Below, piece by piece: positions 10,229 to 21,507 of a stretch of 64,000 bases of DNA (its first letter is position 1; every line of letters starts with the position of its first letter). The DNA is from an uncultured Chloroflexia bacterium (GTDB lineage: Bacteria; Chloroflexota; Anaerolineae; Anaerolineales; UBA4823), in contig CAVZSL010000006.1 of NCBI GenBank assembly GCA_963777935.1, positions 53,522-117,521 of the forward strand, given 5' to 3'. The notes beneath the pieces were generated by a model, which saw only the letters and a list, made by a program, of their open reading frames with translations, was not told the origin of the DNA and searched no databases. The position numbers and the translations under genes were made by a program.

Positions 10229-10789
10229 ATGAACACAATAACAATGAAAGATGATGAATTATTGAATTTCATGAAGTCGCTGGCAGATGCCGAGCGATTG
10301 AAAATCGCCGGATTGTTGAGTTTGGAAGCCTTTTCACCCACTCAGCTCGCTGACCGGCTGGAAATGAAACCTGCCGAAGTGCAACGCCACCTGGATGAGC
10401 TCACAGCAGCCGGTCTGGCTCATAAGGAAGGCAGCTTATACCGGCTGGATAACCAGGCACTGGAAAAGCTCACTCGTCAGGTGCTGGCTCAATCTCGCCC
10501 GCCTGCGCCTGAATACGAAGGAGATGAATTTGAGGTCAAGACTTTACGGGCATACTTCTCACCTGACGGGACTTTGAAAGCCATCCCCACTCAGCATAAG
10601 AAGTTGTTGGTCGTCCTGAACCACCTGGTAAGGAATTTTGAACCAGGTATGAAATACCCGGAAAGCCAGGTCAATCAAATCTTGCGTCGTTTCAATGAAG
10701 ATACTGCCGCGTTACGCAGATACATGGTGGACAACAAGCTGCTGAGTCGTGAGAAAGGTATCTATTGGAGAACAGACCAGCCAAGCTGA
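10229..10789 (+). CDS. Second ArsR-like HTH + DUF2087-like protein (paralog of upstream gene)
   Basis: FMKSLADAERLKIAGLL; IPTQHKK...YPESQVNQIL...DTAALRRYMVD; co-linear with 9629-10216. Confidence 0.82.
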   Translation: MNTITMKDDELLNFMKSLADAERLKIAGLLSLEAFSPTQLADRLEMKPAEVQRHLDELTAAGLAHKEGSLYRLDNQALEKLTRQVLAQSRPPAPEYEGDEFEVKTLRAYFSPDGTLKAIPTQHKKLLVVLNHLVRNFEPGMKYPESQVNQILRRFNEDTAALRRYMVDNKLLSREKGIYWRTDQPS

Positions 10790-10866
10790 GAAATAGAGAT
10801 TTTCACATTTCCAGATACCGTACAGCCACTCAGGCTGTACGGTATTATTTTAAAGGGAAGAGATTG

Positions 10867-12400
10867 TCATTTTCCAGGAAGGCAGTCGTTTGGGATAAGC
10901 TGCACATCAAATGGAGATGTATAGCGAGAAAAATAGCTGTAAGGAGGTAACAAAGGCAGATCTGCCCCAAAATAATGGTCGAATACAAGGCGAAATTCAT
11001 TAACAGGAGCGAATTGTGATGATAGGGATTGATCATATCCCGGCAGGTAAAAAGCACTCAAATTTGCCATCCGCCCAGCGTTTGAGACAAGCCCCGGACC
11101 CGTATCACCCTGCAGAATAATAATGGGTTTCGGATCACTATCTTCGATAATATGTTGTAAGATTGGTAAAAGTTGGCTATTCGTAAAGTCCAGCTGGTCG
11201 CGATAGGCTTGAGTTGTATTGCTCAGAATCCATAGCTTCCGGGTAATTTATCGGGCTTCCATCGGCAGTAAAAACGAATGGCTCATGCGTTATAAGGATA
11301 TGAGCAAATACAAATTTCGGTCCAGAGATTTCTTGTGGGATAGTTCTCAACTTTTCGAAATCAAAAAGGATCTGCTCCCTCTTAGTATCCAGTGGCTGGC
11401 TGGTATCGGGGACGAGGAATGAGGGCAGTATTTTTGCGAAGTCGATCAGAGCCTGGCCAGCTGTGGATTTTAACAGCATCACCTCAAAGTTATTCATTCT
11501 CCCTAACTGGACTTGATTTCCACCTTTGGGAGATAGATAATGATCTGCATAATAGAATTCGGAGAAATGAAATCCGGTCTCAAAGGCTACCAATTTGTAG
11601 CCTAAAGATCGGAATGCTTGCATAACACCGTTATCTTTTATCAGTTGACGTAATACTGATGTTTCTTTAGTGGAGGGATCAAATTTACCCAATGCATCCA
11701 AATAATTCATATTAAGAATTGAAGTCAAAACCATTTCAGTTTGGCTATAGTTGGATTGGCTGCAATCGACCACTTGAAAGCCAAGCTGCTTTAATTCATT
11801 AATAAATGTGGAGTTATCATAATTATAAGCTTTATCTAACCAATCCTGACGGGCATACATATCCAGGACGATAAAATAAACATCCGGAGGAGATTGACCT
11901 TCAGTCAGGGCAAGATTTCCAATTCCATGGATGGCTACCACTGTATTTTCGCTATCCTTGCCTTGTTGGATTTCCCAGCTGGAGATTTGGTAAATGGGGA
12001 ACACAAGCGCGACCAAAGCAGCGACATTTATAGCCCTCGTTATTGGGAATGGATTTTTAACCCGCTTGGCAATCAGCCATAATCCAATCACTGCCAATGA
12101 CAGCCAGAGGGGAAGCAGCAGCCTATGCCGTCCAAGGGTCGGAATCGATTTTTCCAGGAAATTGTATACATGCCCGTAGGTGAAAAATAAAACCAGCACC
12201 AGGCTGGCTGCCAGAGCTCCGCGCTGCCAGTCTTTAAATATCAGGCGCATGGTTATTAACAAAAACCCAGCAAAGGTAAGCACTATCAGAACAGCGCGGA
12301 GTGCTTCTTGCGGAAAAAGCTGGGAGATGTTCAATCCCAGTAATGACAGGACAAAATATAAGGCTAAAAGGAATGGATGAAGCGGTGATTTGCCCAACAA
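10867..12400 (-). CDS. Membrane-anchored alkaline-phosphatase-superfamily (LtaS/EptA/sulfatase-like) protein, split by +1 frameshift near 11214
   Basis: About 5 N-terminal TMs, PPDVYFIVLD, SNYSQT, AHILITHEP. Removing one base continues into QAYRDQLDFTN...IILQGDTG and the 10867-11070 ORF, co-linear with the upstream paralog. Confidence 0.8.
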
Positions 12401-12404
12401 ACTT

Positions 12405-13959
12405 TTATCTTTCTATGGGTTGGCAATTATTCGGGATTTCCGTAAAGTCGAAATGCTTATCGTATCCAGAGTAGTAGCTCTTGTCTTCTAAAAGCGGAAG
12501 CTGTCCACCAAAATACTGATCAAATATCACACGAAAGGTATTAACCGGAGTAATGGTTGAATATAGCTGCTTGTCTCCGCCATTTGGAAGATAGTATGCG
12601 TTCAAGATAGCCAATCTATCCTTAGGTTCTGCTATGCCTTCACCGTGATCACCTTGCAGGATAATGATTGGTGGATTGGCAGATGTATTTAATATCTCGT
12701 CAACCACTGAAAGAATGCGTTTGTTCACATACCTGATCTGGTTGGCAAGCGCAGGTGCATACACATCGATTGGGGGATCAGCTTGCACTTCTTTAAATTC
12801 TCCATTTTCATCAAAAACAATCGGGGCGTGGGGTGAGACAATATGGGCATAGATGAATTTTGGGCTTTGTATTTCAAGAGGGAGGGTTTTAAGTTTATCT
12901 AAAGTATATAAAATCAATTCACGGTGTTCTTTATTGGGATAATCCATATCAACTTTAAAAACCCTGGATAAAATTGTCGCCGAGTCAGTTAATAAGACCA
13001 GAGCCGATTCTCGTATCAACATGGCTTCAAACAGGTTGACTGGTAACATGGTCTCACCCAGATTTAAGGCACTGTTACTTGGTGCAAAATAAAAATCCGA
13101 ATCCGGGATCCGTAACCAATAATATGAGTTTTCGAAAGTCACAAATGAATATCCCAAGTTTTCCAACTGCTGACGAACGGCACTATACTTAAGAAGTTGG
13201 ATAAGGCCACTGGTATCGTTATTTGAGCTTGTAAATTCATCACTCAAAGCATCCAAATAATTGTAGTTTAAGGCAGAAGCCATGGAGAGGGATGTCTGGC
13301 TATAATTACTTTGGCTGCAATCAGCAACATAAAAACCCCTTTGTTTCAATTCATCTAAAAATGGGGAATTATCAAAACTAATTACCTGCTCAAGAAAATC
13401 CGCTCGTGGATAGCCATCTAAGATTATGTAATAAATATCAGGGGGCGCTTGATCGGTTGAAATTCGCAGGCCATTAGTGTTTCCTTCTGCCAGGATTGGA
13501 TATTGCCTGTGGATAGAAGCACGTATTCCTTGAGAAGTAATCTGAAACGCAGGAAAAACTAAGGCGACGATAGCTAGTATGTTCAGAAAACGATTAATCG
13601 GTATGGGATTCTCAAGTTTTTTAAGCACTAACCAGGTGAACAATATGCCTAGAAATATCCATACTGGAAGCATCAGACGATGTCTTCCTACAATCACACC
13701 TATGATCGAAAAAGATTTAAACAGGTGATAAATATGCCCATAGGTAAAAAAGAATAATAGATATAGAGACGTGAGGACAGCTGCCCTGCCCCAATCACGA
13801 ACCAATAACTTTAGTAAGAACCATAGCAAACCTGTAAGGAGCAAGGATACCAGTAAAGCACGATATGCTGCAGATGGTTTAACCTGAGTTATATTCAGCC
13901 CAAGCAGATGCAATCACAAAATAAGCCGAGAATAAAAACGGATGGAAAGGTTTTTTCAT
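12405..13959 (-). CDS. Membrane-anchored alkaline-phosphatase-superfamily (LtaS/EptA/sulfatase-like) protein, apparent +1 frameshift near 13914
   Basis: PPDIYYIILDG, SNYSQT, AHIVSPHAP and IILQGDHG metal/nucleophile motifs. ATG 13959 gives MKKPFHPFLFSAYFV, matching the paralog's PLHPFLLALYFV, then shifts frame into LHLLGLNITQ. Confidence 0.8.
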
Positions 13960-14014
13960 CCTGATACCACTGAGGACAATTGGGTTGTATCAATCATCCA
14001 CAATTTACATACGG

Positions 14015-15409
14015 CTACTTGCGTTCCAGCAAATATAAAACTCGAGGAGAATCATGGATAGATATTTTTTCTTTGACGTCGAAATAAATACCAAAGGCAG
14101 CTTCGAAGCCTTCCTGGTGGTAGTCCGAGAAAATATCTTGCCGGCTCGCCAATAGCTTTTGTACCTGTGAATCTTCCTTTGGAACCCACTCAATCACCAG
14201 CCATTTCCCCAGGCTTTGGAAGTAATCCGCCAGGAGTGAGAGTGGAACATTATTGGAAATTGCCAGGTGATGGATGAGCGCCAGTGCAAGAAGTGCATCT
14301 GCAGGAGCGCGCTCGAGCAGGGAATGGCGTTCCTGGTTGTGCCAGCCTAATGATGGCGTTGGATTGGTAAAGTCCATAACCAGGGGTAGCATCAGGTTCT
14401 CCTGATTCTTTTTTACCAGCAGGTAATTTTGTTCCACCGCAGCAGGATCGATATCAAAAGCGATTGTGTAACTGCCCATCCCGGCTGCCAACCGGCTGAA
14501 CTCACCTGTATTTCCTCCCAAATCCCAGGTGGTATGGGGGTGAATGCGTTCCAGGAATTTTAAGACAACCTGTTTTTTATGTTCAAAGGCAGATGTAGCG
14601 TAATGTCCGGACGAGGCAATGTAATAATCACCCCACTCCGTGCCAGAAGGTTTCCAGCTTAGCTTGCGGGTAGTGGTTTCCAGGCTGTCCATCAATCCCA
14701 TGAACTGCAGCTTGCTTATTTTTCGTTTGGGTTGTTCCTTCGCAATCGGTTTATCAGCATATCGCTTTTGCGCAGCAGCGTGCATGTGGATATGCGCTGC
14801 CAGACCCAAACCATAACGCGTTTTTCTGGGGAGCAGGCTTGCAGCCAAATCCAAAGGAATCCCATCAATATACACCCGTAATAACTGGCTGAGACGAATA
14901 TCTCTATGAGAAATTAATGCCAGGGGAGCAAGGAAGTGCTGGCAAAATTGTCGGTAGGCAACCCATGGCTCACCCTCACGATATATCTCAAAGGAAAGGG
15001 TATCGATCAAAATTGGCTTGCCATGGTGAAATTGGATGTTGTACGCGCTGGCATCTTTTAACACCATACCTGATTCGAGGGCAAGCGTCTGGATAATTAA
15101 GGTCGCCAGGGCGGCATCCTTCAGCTGGCTGAAGCTCCATTCATAGGGATACGAAATGAAATTCAAGCGTTCTGGTTTTATGATCTTGTACGCCAGGGGT
15201 GATTCTTCAGGCTCGATACTCACTTCCTCATGAGGAATTAGCAGCTCTGAATCGACCAATCTGGTATACAGCTTTGAGCTCATCAAACGATCGTAATTTT
15301 CGGAATAGATTTTGTTAATCTGGCGATAAAGTATCCCATCCCGGGAGAAAAGGAAACCGCTTGGGTCCCGGAAGGATGCCCCCAGTCGCCGGTCACTGCT
15401 GGACATCAT
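14015..15409 (-). CDS. NoeA-like protein: N-terminal kinase-like region plus C-terminal class I SAM-dependent methyltransferase
   Basis: SFRDPSG N-terminal motif typical of NoeA-like proteins; LKDASAYNIQF...ILIDTLSF resembles a kinase catalytic loop; WDLGGNTG...AFDIDP SAM motifs. Confidence 0.8.
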   Translation of the reverse strand: MMSSSDRRLGASFRDPSGFLFSRDGILYRQINKIYSENYDRLMSSKLYTRLVDSELLIPHEEVSIEPEESPLAYKIIKPERLNFISYPYEWSFSQLKDAALATLIIQTLALESGMVLKDASAYNIQFHHGKPILIDTLSFEIYREGEPWVAYRQFCQHFLAPLALISHRDIRLSQLLRVYIDGIPLDLAASLLPRKTRYGLGLAAHIHMHAAAQKRYADKPIAKEQPKRKISKLQFMGLMDSLETTTRKLSWKPSGTEWGDYYIASSGHYATSAFEHKKQVVLKFLERIHPHTTWDLGGNTGEFSRLAAGMGSYTIAFDIDPAAVEQNYLLVKKNQENLMLPLVMDFTNPTPSLGWHNQERHSLLERAPADALLALALIHHLAISNNVPLSLLADYFQSLGKWLVIEWVPKEDSQVQKLLASRQDIFSDYHQEGFEAAFGIYFDVKEKISIHDSPRVLYLLERK

Positions 15410-15599
15410 TATCTTCTTCTTTTTGCTTTTCTGATCGGTTGAACAAACCTTTGATCTTCTTCCAGTATGCTTTAATCAGGAAACCTGCACCCACGAGACC
15501 AGCAATCAATAACTGGATCAGAAAGCTACCGGACCCGGGGTCGAGATAGGCATGAGGACGCAAGATTGGGGTTAAAAGGATGAACCACTGAAAATGCAT
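15393..15599 (-). CDS. Small single-pass membrane protein with AYLDPGSGS motif
   Basis: 68 aa: HAYLDPGSGS, hydrophobic helix, basic WKKIK, acidic tail; stop overlaps the start region of the NoeA-like gene; GGAAGG upstream; TATAAT on minus strand at 15635-15640. Confidence 0.8.
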   Translation of the reverse strand: MHFQWFILLTPILRPHAYLDPGSGSFLIQLLIAGLVGAGFLIKAYWKKIKGLFNRSEKQKEEDNDVQQ

Positions 15600-15692
15600 T
15601 TTTTTACCTTCCTAAAATACCTAAACTTTGTGCGATTATACTACCGGTTTATCGCCCGATGTGCTTGACCATTCATAAGTCATGGGCTTAAA

Positions 15693-17153
15693 TCAGAATT
15701 CTAATCGAGTTTGTTGGGATGTATTCAAACTTTTCACCCAACTCACGACCGGTGTACGCCAGTCGACCCCTGTGTATGTTCCATTGAGGTCATAACGACG
15801 GACATCAAAATTGTTTTCCCCTTCATAAAGGGAATCCGGGACGAGCACATGGTAGCTCGTAAACGGCTCCAACGGGGTGCCATCAGAAAGAATATACTTC
15901 CCTTCCATCTCACTCAATCCACCAACCGAAGGATGGCGCTTATCCAATATCTCAAGGATTTGAGCACCTGTCAACTGAATATCCACCAGCACATTATCTG
16001 TGGGCAGCATACTCAGAATAGAGGCCTCTGATACATCACCTGCTGGCATTGATTGCACGTATCGCGGGCTGAAGAGGGCAATCTTTGCGGAAGGATATGC
16101 CTCCAACCAGGGGATGGTGAGAAGTTTTACCATCTCCAGTGTTCCGGCATCGATTTTCTTCCCAACAGTTCCGATGACATGCCAAAGGTCTGGATCTGCA
16201 CGATGATGCCAGGATTGCACAAGCTTGCCAATCGTTGAATCTCCGCTGCCATTGGGGTTATCAAGCAAACGAGCATCAATATCCACCAACCTGTTCAAAC
16301 CTGTATCAAAAAGCGTGGCTATGTGAACAGATTTATGCAGGAACGAGCCACTCTCCACAATTGTTGCTTCTCCATCCTGCTCGACGATCTCTTCGTGGCA
16401 ATGCCCAGCGCACAGAATCTGAATACCCAGCTCATAAGCAATCGATGCTAATGAGCGCATCTCACCAGAACACAGGTGTCCCAGGAGGAACATCACTTGC
16501 GCCCCATCGGCTTTCGCTTTTGGTACCACATCGCGAAGGGTAGCTTTATAGGGTAGAAAATCAAACTCAGCAACGTTGGCTGGTTTGGTATCTACCGGTG
16601 TATCCAATGTGGTCAGACCTATCAACCCAACCTTGAGCCCATTAATTTCCTGGATCACATATGGGCGCAAGAAATCTGGTGTTTTGCCAGTCGCTTTCTC
16701 TCGTATATTGGCACTCAGGAATGGGAATTTCGCCTGTGCTGCACGCTGCCGCAATACTTCCACCCCAAAATCAAAATCGTGATTACCGATCGCTGCAGCA
16801 GCATAGCCCATGGCATTCATCACATCGATCATCGATTCACCCTTGAACCAGGTGGAGAGTGCCGGTCCCGTCCACATATCACCTCCACTCAAGACGAGGA
16901 AGGGTCCATCCCGGGTATAGTCAGCCTGGCGACGCCACTGGTGTAGCATACCTGCCGCCCCGCCATACTGCTCGGTGGGCTCCATCCAGCCATGCTCGTC
17001 GTTGGTGTATAGTATGGTCAGGCTGCGTAGCGTATCTGTCTGTCGTTCAGAAAAGTCAGCCAAATCAGGAGTGCAGGCTGCCAGGGCAATACCTGCTCCA
17101 TATAAGACGGAGATTTGAAGGAATTCCCGCCGGTTGAGATGATTATGCTTCAT
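15693..17153 (-). CDS. Tat-exported lipoprotein, bifunctional metallophosphatase/5'-nucleotidase family
   Basis: NRREFL Tat motif and LAAC lipobox; NDEHG, GGD, GNHDFD, GH and GHCH calcineurin-like motifs; 5'-NT C-terminal-like domain. Confidence 0.88.
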   Translation of the reverse strand: MKHNHLNRREFLQISVLYGAGIALAACTPDLADFSERQTDTLRSLTILYTNDEHGWMEPTEQYGGAAGMLHQWRRQADYTRDGPFLVLSGGDMWTGPALSTWFKGESMIDVMNAMGYAAAAIGNHDFDFGVEVLRQRAAQAKFPFLSANIREKATGKTPDFLRPYVIQEINGLKVGLIGLTTLDTPVDTKPANVAEFDFLPYKATLRDVVPKAKADGAQVMFLLGHLCSGEMRSLASIAYELGIQILCAGHCHEEIVEQDGEATIVESGSFLHKSVHIATLFDTGLNRLVDIDARLLDNPNGSGDSTIGKLVQSWHHRADPDLWHVIGTVGKKIDAGTLEMVKLLTIPWLEAYPSAKIALFSPRYVQSMPAGDVSEASILSMLPTDNVLVDIQLTGAQILEILDKRHPSVGGLSEMEGKYILSDGTPLEPFTSYHVLVPDSLYEGENNFDVRRYDLNGTYTGVDWRTPVVSWVKSLNTSQQTRLEF

Positions 17154-17166
17154 GAATTGTCATTCA

Positions 17167-17856
17167 TTATGAGGCACCATACGATTTTTCAGGCATTGCT
17201 AAACGGACCAGGAAGGCACCTTGAATTGCACCGACCACCAGTCCGGTCAACAACAGCACACCTGCTATAAACAGGACTACCCAACCCATTCCACTCAGCT
17301 TTTGGGTAACATCGATACCCCAAAAGATTATCGGCATACCGACCATCCAGGCAAGCATGTTGGCAGGCATCCACAAAGAGGCACGGCTGACCTTTTTGCG
17401 CATCGTGAGCCATTGGGCGAAGGATAAAACTGCCCCACCAACAACTCCGAGCCCTGCCGCCAATATCAGGACCATCCATTGCGCCGGCTCGGCAACAGGT
17501 ACCTGGTTTTGGGTTGACTGCTTTCCCAGGCTCATCAGGGTGGAGGGTAAATAACCCATCACATAAGCAACCAGTGCCCCTACGAGGGTAGCCAACCACC
17601 AGGCAGTTCGTTGAATCATGGGGAACCAGGGATGCATCGCCCACCATTGTGCCAGCCCAACGATGGTTGCCTCAAGGACACCACTGGCAACCGCCACCAG
17701 AAAAGCGATCAGGATGGATACCACATTTTGCTGATCACCCAGGCTGGATATGACAGTAGCCCCGACCGCAAAGGTCAGCCCCAGGCCGAACATCTCCCCA
17801 ATGCCGTTCGCCCCGACCCAACGCAGCCACAGTTTGCGCTTATCTTTTGAATTCAC
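17167..17856 (-). CDS. Hypothetical multi-pass membrane protein
   Basis: About 6 hydrophobic helices with internally repeated W..AN / G.AQW motifs; GTG start overlapping the upstream stop. Confidence 0.7.
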   Translation of the reverse strand: MNSKDKRKLWLRWVGANGIGEMFGLGLTFAVGATVISSLGDQQNVVSILIAFLVAVASGVLEATIVGLAQWWAMHPWFPMIQRTAWWLATLVGALVAYVMGYLPSTLMSLGKQSTQNQVPVAEPAQWMVLILAAGLGVVGGAVLSFAQWLTMRKKVSRASLWMPANMLAWMVGMPIIFWGIDVTQKLSGMGWVVLFIAGVLLLTGLVVGAIQGAFLVRLAMPEKSYGAS

Positions 17857-19077
17857 CTCACCGGCCTTCTTCGTAATTCAAAGGTTTCTTGCCCGTTCAG
17901 GAACCGTTCAAGGGGAAAAACTTCCAGCGACATGACGCGACTGTTAGCAAAGTAGGCGAAATCGAATCCCGTCGGGTCTCCTGCCTTTTTACCTGGGATG
18001 GGCATCAAGCGGGCAGTCAGTGGTTTGGCCAGCCGTAGAGATAAACACGCCAGGTCCAGCAACACCGCTGAGAGCTGTTCCACACTGGTGTCTCCGGGCA
18101 GCGGGATGGTGTCCAACCCGGTGCCGCACACTGCAGAATAGAGCAGCAAGTCTTTGACTCCCAGGGTGCCCTCAGCCACACGCTGTGCCAGGGTGGCGTC
18201 TTCGAGAACCGGCATGAATAAGCCACAGAAGCCTGCCCTTAGAAACTCAGCCTGGTCCATCGTGTCTGCCAGGATGGCAGCTGCGGCAAGCGTGCCATGC
18301 CCACCGACCAAGGGTACTCCCAAGCGCTCAAAAGCTGTTCCGATGGAGCGATTCCATGGATGGGAAGGGTGCCAGCGAAAAGTCGATCCCGCCAAACTTC
18401 ACCCCCGTTTGCTTCTCCACCTGGCGGGCAACACCTGTCAGGTTATGGGCATTTTCCTCCATCGCAGTAACCAGGTACTTGCGGGCTTGCTCCAGGCTGG
18501 TTGCCTGGCTGAAGGCATCCAAGGCCAGGTCGGCAGCTTCGGTTGCCAGGGCAAAAGTCTGCTCCCCACCCCTGTGGTAGGCAGCCGGGAAAAATGGCGA
18601 GCCTGCCGGTACATTGCCCAATGCAGCGAAGCGCAGGTTGGCGAAGCCATCCGATGAGATCACGGATGCCTGTTTTATGACCTCAGCACATTGCTGGATG
18701 GCTGAAAGAGAAACCTTGCCATCCTGGGTGGTCATCAGTCCGGAGAAAAAGGCATTCTGAGTAGCTGCTAAGGCTACGGGGATGGAGGTATAGCTCTCGA
18801 GCTGTGATGGCAAGGCGGGTCCCAATGAAATATATTCATATCCAAGCTCTGCTGCGGCTACCTCCAGCTCCTGAGCCAGTTTTGCAAGCTCCCCTAGTTT
18901 TTGATCAGGTAATAGATTGGTGAATGGCACCGTCGCCAAACGAGCCGATTGCACCTCGTAGCCAGCCTCGATAAAAGCAGGTTCGGCTATGCGCAGGAAT
19001 TCCCCGGCAGCTCTAAGTACCTTACCATCTAACGGATAGGCTGGATCAAGAAAGCAGGTGATGGAACGGATTTTCAT
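17853..19077 (-). CDS. DUF711 (PFL-like) family protein, split by +1 frameshift near 18351
   Basis: MKIRSIT, NLRFAALGNV..GSPFFPAAYH, GIDFSLAPFP, then GFCGLFMPVLED and SAVCGTGLDTIPLPGD in the next frame. Confidence 0.85.
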
Positions 19078-19230
19078 GGGGCGAATTCTATCAGGCTTGA
19101 CAGGGTTGGGCAAGGCGCGGAAATTCGCTACAGGCGCGCCTCAAGAGCTGGTGGGAAATTAACCAGGAAAAGTCTATATTTTCTAGAAGACTATGACAAA
19201 CCACCTGCTTTTTAAGTGCAGGAGTGAGAT

Positions 19231-19269
19231 AAAAAAATAGACAGGCTCTACTTTTTCAGCCTGTCTATT
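19231..19269 (-). terminator. Rho-independent terminator of the multicopper oxidase gene
   Basis: 12-bp stem AATAGACAGGCT/AGCCTGTCTATT followed by a U-run on the minus strand. Confidence 0.8.
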
Positions 19270-19398
19270 GATATCAATTCTTATTTGCTATTTGAAGCAA
19301 TGGATTTCGTTTAGTAATCCACTCCTTGACCAAGTATCCGTGTCATACCTTTAATGGGTACAACCTGGCCTGGGTACATCAACTCATCTTTTTAGCGA

Positions 19399-21507
19399 TC
19401 ACTGATCCGTACCTAAGACAGTGATGGGTAGTCCTATGCCATGAGGTCCAGGTTGTCCGGGTTGCTCCGGTCCGATTCTATAAGGTCGCATCATCTCGTT
19501 GTCCTCGTGCTCAACGATGTGGCAATGCCAGACAAACTGGCCAGGTGTGATGAATTGCGCCTTGATGCGTGTCACTTGACCTGGATAGGCGAGCACTGTA
19601 TCCTTAAATCCTGTTTCCCAGGGCTCAGGTGGTGTGGGGACCGATCCAGGAACGACCTGCACCGTTTGATTTTCCTCATCGACGAAAATAGGCTGGCGGT
19701 TAACGACCTCAAAAACCACTTCATGGACGTGCATTGGGTGGGCATCCACGGTGGCGTTGTAAATCTCCCAAACCTCCGTCACACCTACAGACGGGTTCTC
19801 GGTAACAGGATCCATCCACAAACGCTTAACCCAGACGCCAGTTCCCAGATTGGGATCACCAGTAAGAGTGCCCAGAAGCGCTTCTGCTGGAGCATCAGCA
19901 AAATATTGTGATATTTCCTCCAATAACACCAACGGGCGGGTAAAAGTGGCTGGAGGCAGAGGTGTTAATGCCGGCAACACCAGGAATTGCGGTGGTGTGC
20001 TTAGATCAAGTGACAGCGGTGGGACGACGTTGAACTGCATGACCTGTCCGGTGGTGAGAGGATCAGCCACATCTTCTGGATCAACCGGTAAGCCTGCAAA
20101 TGGTGAATCTGGTCCCACATTACCTAAAACGTAACTGCCTGAGGCTACGTTAGTGAAATCGACGATCACGTCAGCTCGCTCTGCCAATCCCATCAGCAGC
20201 TGGTTGCCCAGCGCTGTGATATCCACTGGGGCAGCCAGGAAGCCACCTTCGTTACCAATCTGCCATACTTGCACTCCTGGGATATTGGCGAAATTCAGGA
20301 TTAGAACGCGGGCCTGGCATCCGTTCAGAAAGCGGAAACGGTAGCGACGTTGTTCAACATTCAGGAATGGCCAGGTGTTCCCATTGACCATGATCATGTT
20401 GCCAAAGAACTCTGGGTTCCAGATTGGGGAGACATCGGTATCCGGGATGTATGGACCAGTAATGCCATCGAAGAAGGCGCGCGTATCTGGGTAAAACAAC
20501 GATCCATTTTCATTAAACGAGCGATCCTGGATGGCGATGGGGATCTCGTAATAAGCCTTGTTTGGCGGGAACTTGTCGTTCGCCTTCGGTGCAGGACCAG
20601 GTAAAACTGCTACGGTACCGGTGCGGGAGTCGAGTACTGCGCCATCACCAGCCGGGCCACCTCGGATCAGGTAAAAACCAGCAGGTCCGGCGTAAACATT
20701 GAGCCGGGTCATTCCCAAGGTGTGGTCATGATACCAGATGGTCGAGGCTCGGTTCTGGTTCGGGTATTGGAAGGTGGCAAATCCAGGTCCCCACGTTACG
20801 CCATATTTTGTGGCTGCCTTGCTGCCGAAGAAGTTATACCAGGTGCCCTCGGTGGCATAATCAGGTGGGATGTTATTAGCCACTGGCAAGTACCAGGCTT
20901 CGGCGTAGCCGTCACTATCATCACCTACGCCTACAGCACCATGGACGTGTGTAACCATCGGTACGGGACCGGTGTAAGGACCGGGAGTAGTCGTGAAGGT
21001 CGGTCGCGTGTCACGGTCCAGCATGCCGCCAGGCGGGTTCGCCCAGTGCAACGTTGGATCGACCGGTAACAGGTGTGGCAAATAGTTACCATTGACATCC
21101 ACCAGCTGGTTGATCCACTTCACCCGCACAGGCGTGCTCCACTTGGCCTCGATCGTCAGCGATGGAGCGTTGTGTAATAGCAGACCACCCTTGCTTGCTG
21201 AAGTTACCGCGCCATAACCCCACACCGTTGTTGCCGGTAAGCCAGCTGGCAGGATTTGCTGCTGGAACTGCTTCACAGATATTTCGTAATAATCTACGTT
21301 CTTACCACCCTTCTGCTTGATTGTTCCAGCCATTGGCATCACCGGTGGAATGAGCAAGGGTGTGCTGTACTTGGGAACTAGACCGGGATCGAGCGTGCCA
21401 CCAGGAATTTGGGCTTGAGCACGTAATGAAAATTTTCCGCGGGATGCAACGTACAACGAAAGCAAACCCGCTCCACTAAGTTTTAGAAAGGTACGTCTTG
21501 AAACCAT
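19399..21507 (-). CDS. Tat-exported multicopper oxidase (CotA/bilirubin oxidase-like)
   Basis: SRRTFLK Tat motif; HVHG, WYHDH, HPMHVH and WHCHIVEHEDNEMM copper motifs; AGGAG RBS before ATG 21507 (track start 21525). Confidence 0.93.
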   Translation of the reverse strand: MVSRRTFLKLSGAGLLSLYVASRGKFSLRAQAQIPGGTLDPGLVPKYSTPLLIPPVMPMAGTIKQKGGKNVDYYEISVKQFQQQILPAGLPATTVWGYGAVTSASKGGLLLHNAPSLTIEAKWSTPVRVKWINQLVDVNGNYLPHLLPVDPTLHWANPPGGMLDRDTRPTFTTTPGPYTGPVPMVTHVHGAVGVGDDSDGYAEAWYLPVANNIPPDYATEGTWYNFFGSKAATKYGVTWGPGFATFQYPNQNRASTIWYHDHTLGMTRLNVYAGPAGFYLIRGGPAGDGAVLDSRTGTVAVLPGPAPKANDKFPPNKAYYEIPIAIQDRSFNENGSLFYPDTRAFFDGITGPYIPDTDVSPIWNPEFFGNMIMVNGNTWPFLNVEQRRYRFRFLNGCQARVLILNFANIPGVQVWQIGNEGGFLAAPVDITALGNQLLMGLAERADVIVDFTNVASGSYVLGNVGPDSPFAGLPVDPEDVADPLTTGQVMQFNVVPPLSLDLSTPPQFLVLPALTPLPPATFTRPLVLLEEISQYFADAPAEALLGTLTGDPNLGTGVWVKRLWMDPVTENPSVGVTEVWEIYNATVDAHPMHVHEVVFEVVNRQPIFVDEENQTVQVVPGSVPTPPEPWETGFKDTVLAYPGQVTRIKAQFITPGQFVWHCHIVEHEDNEMMRPYRIGPEQPGQPGPHGIGLPITVLGTDQ

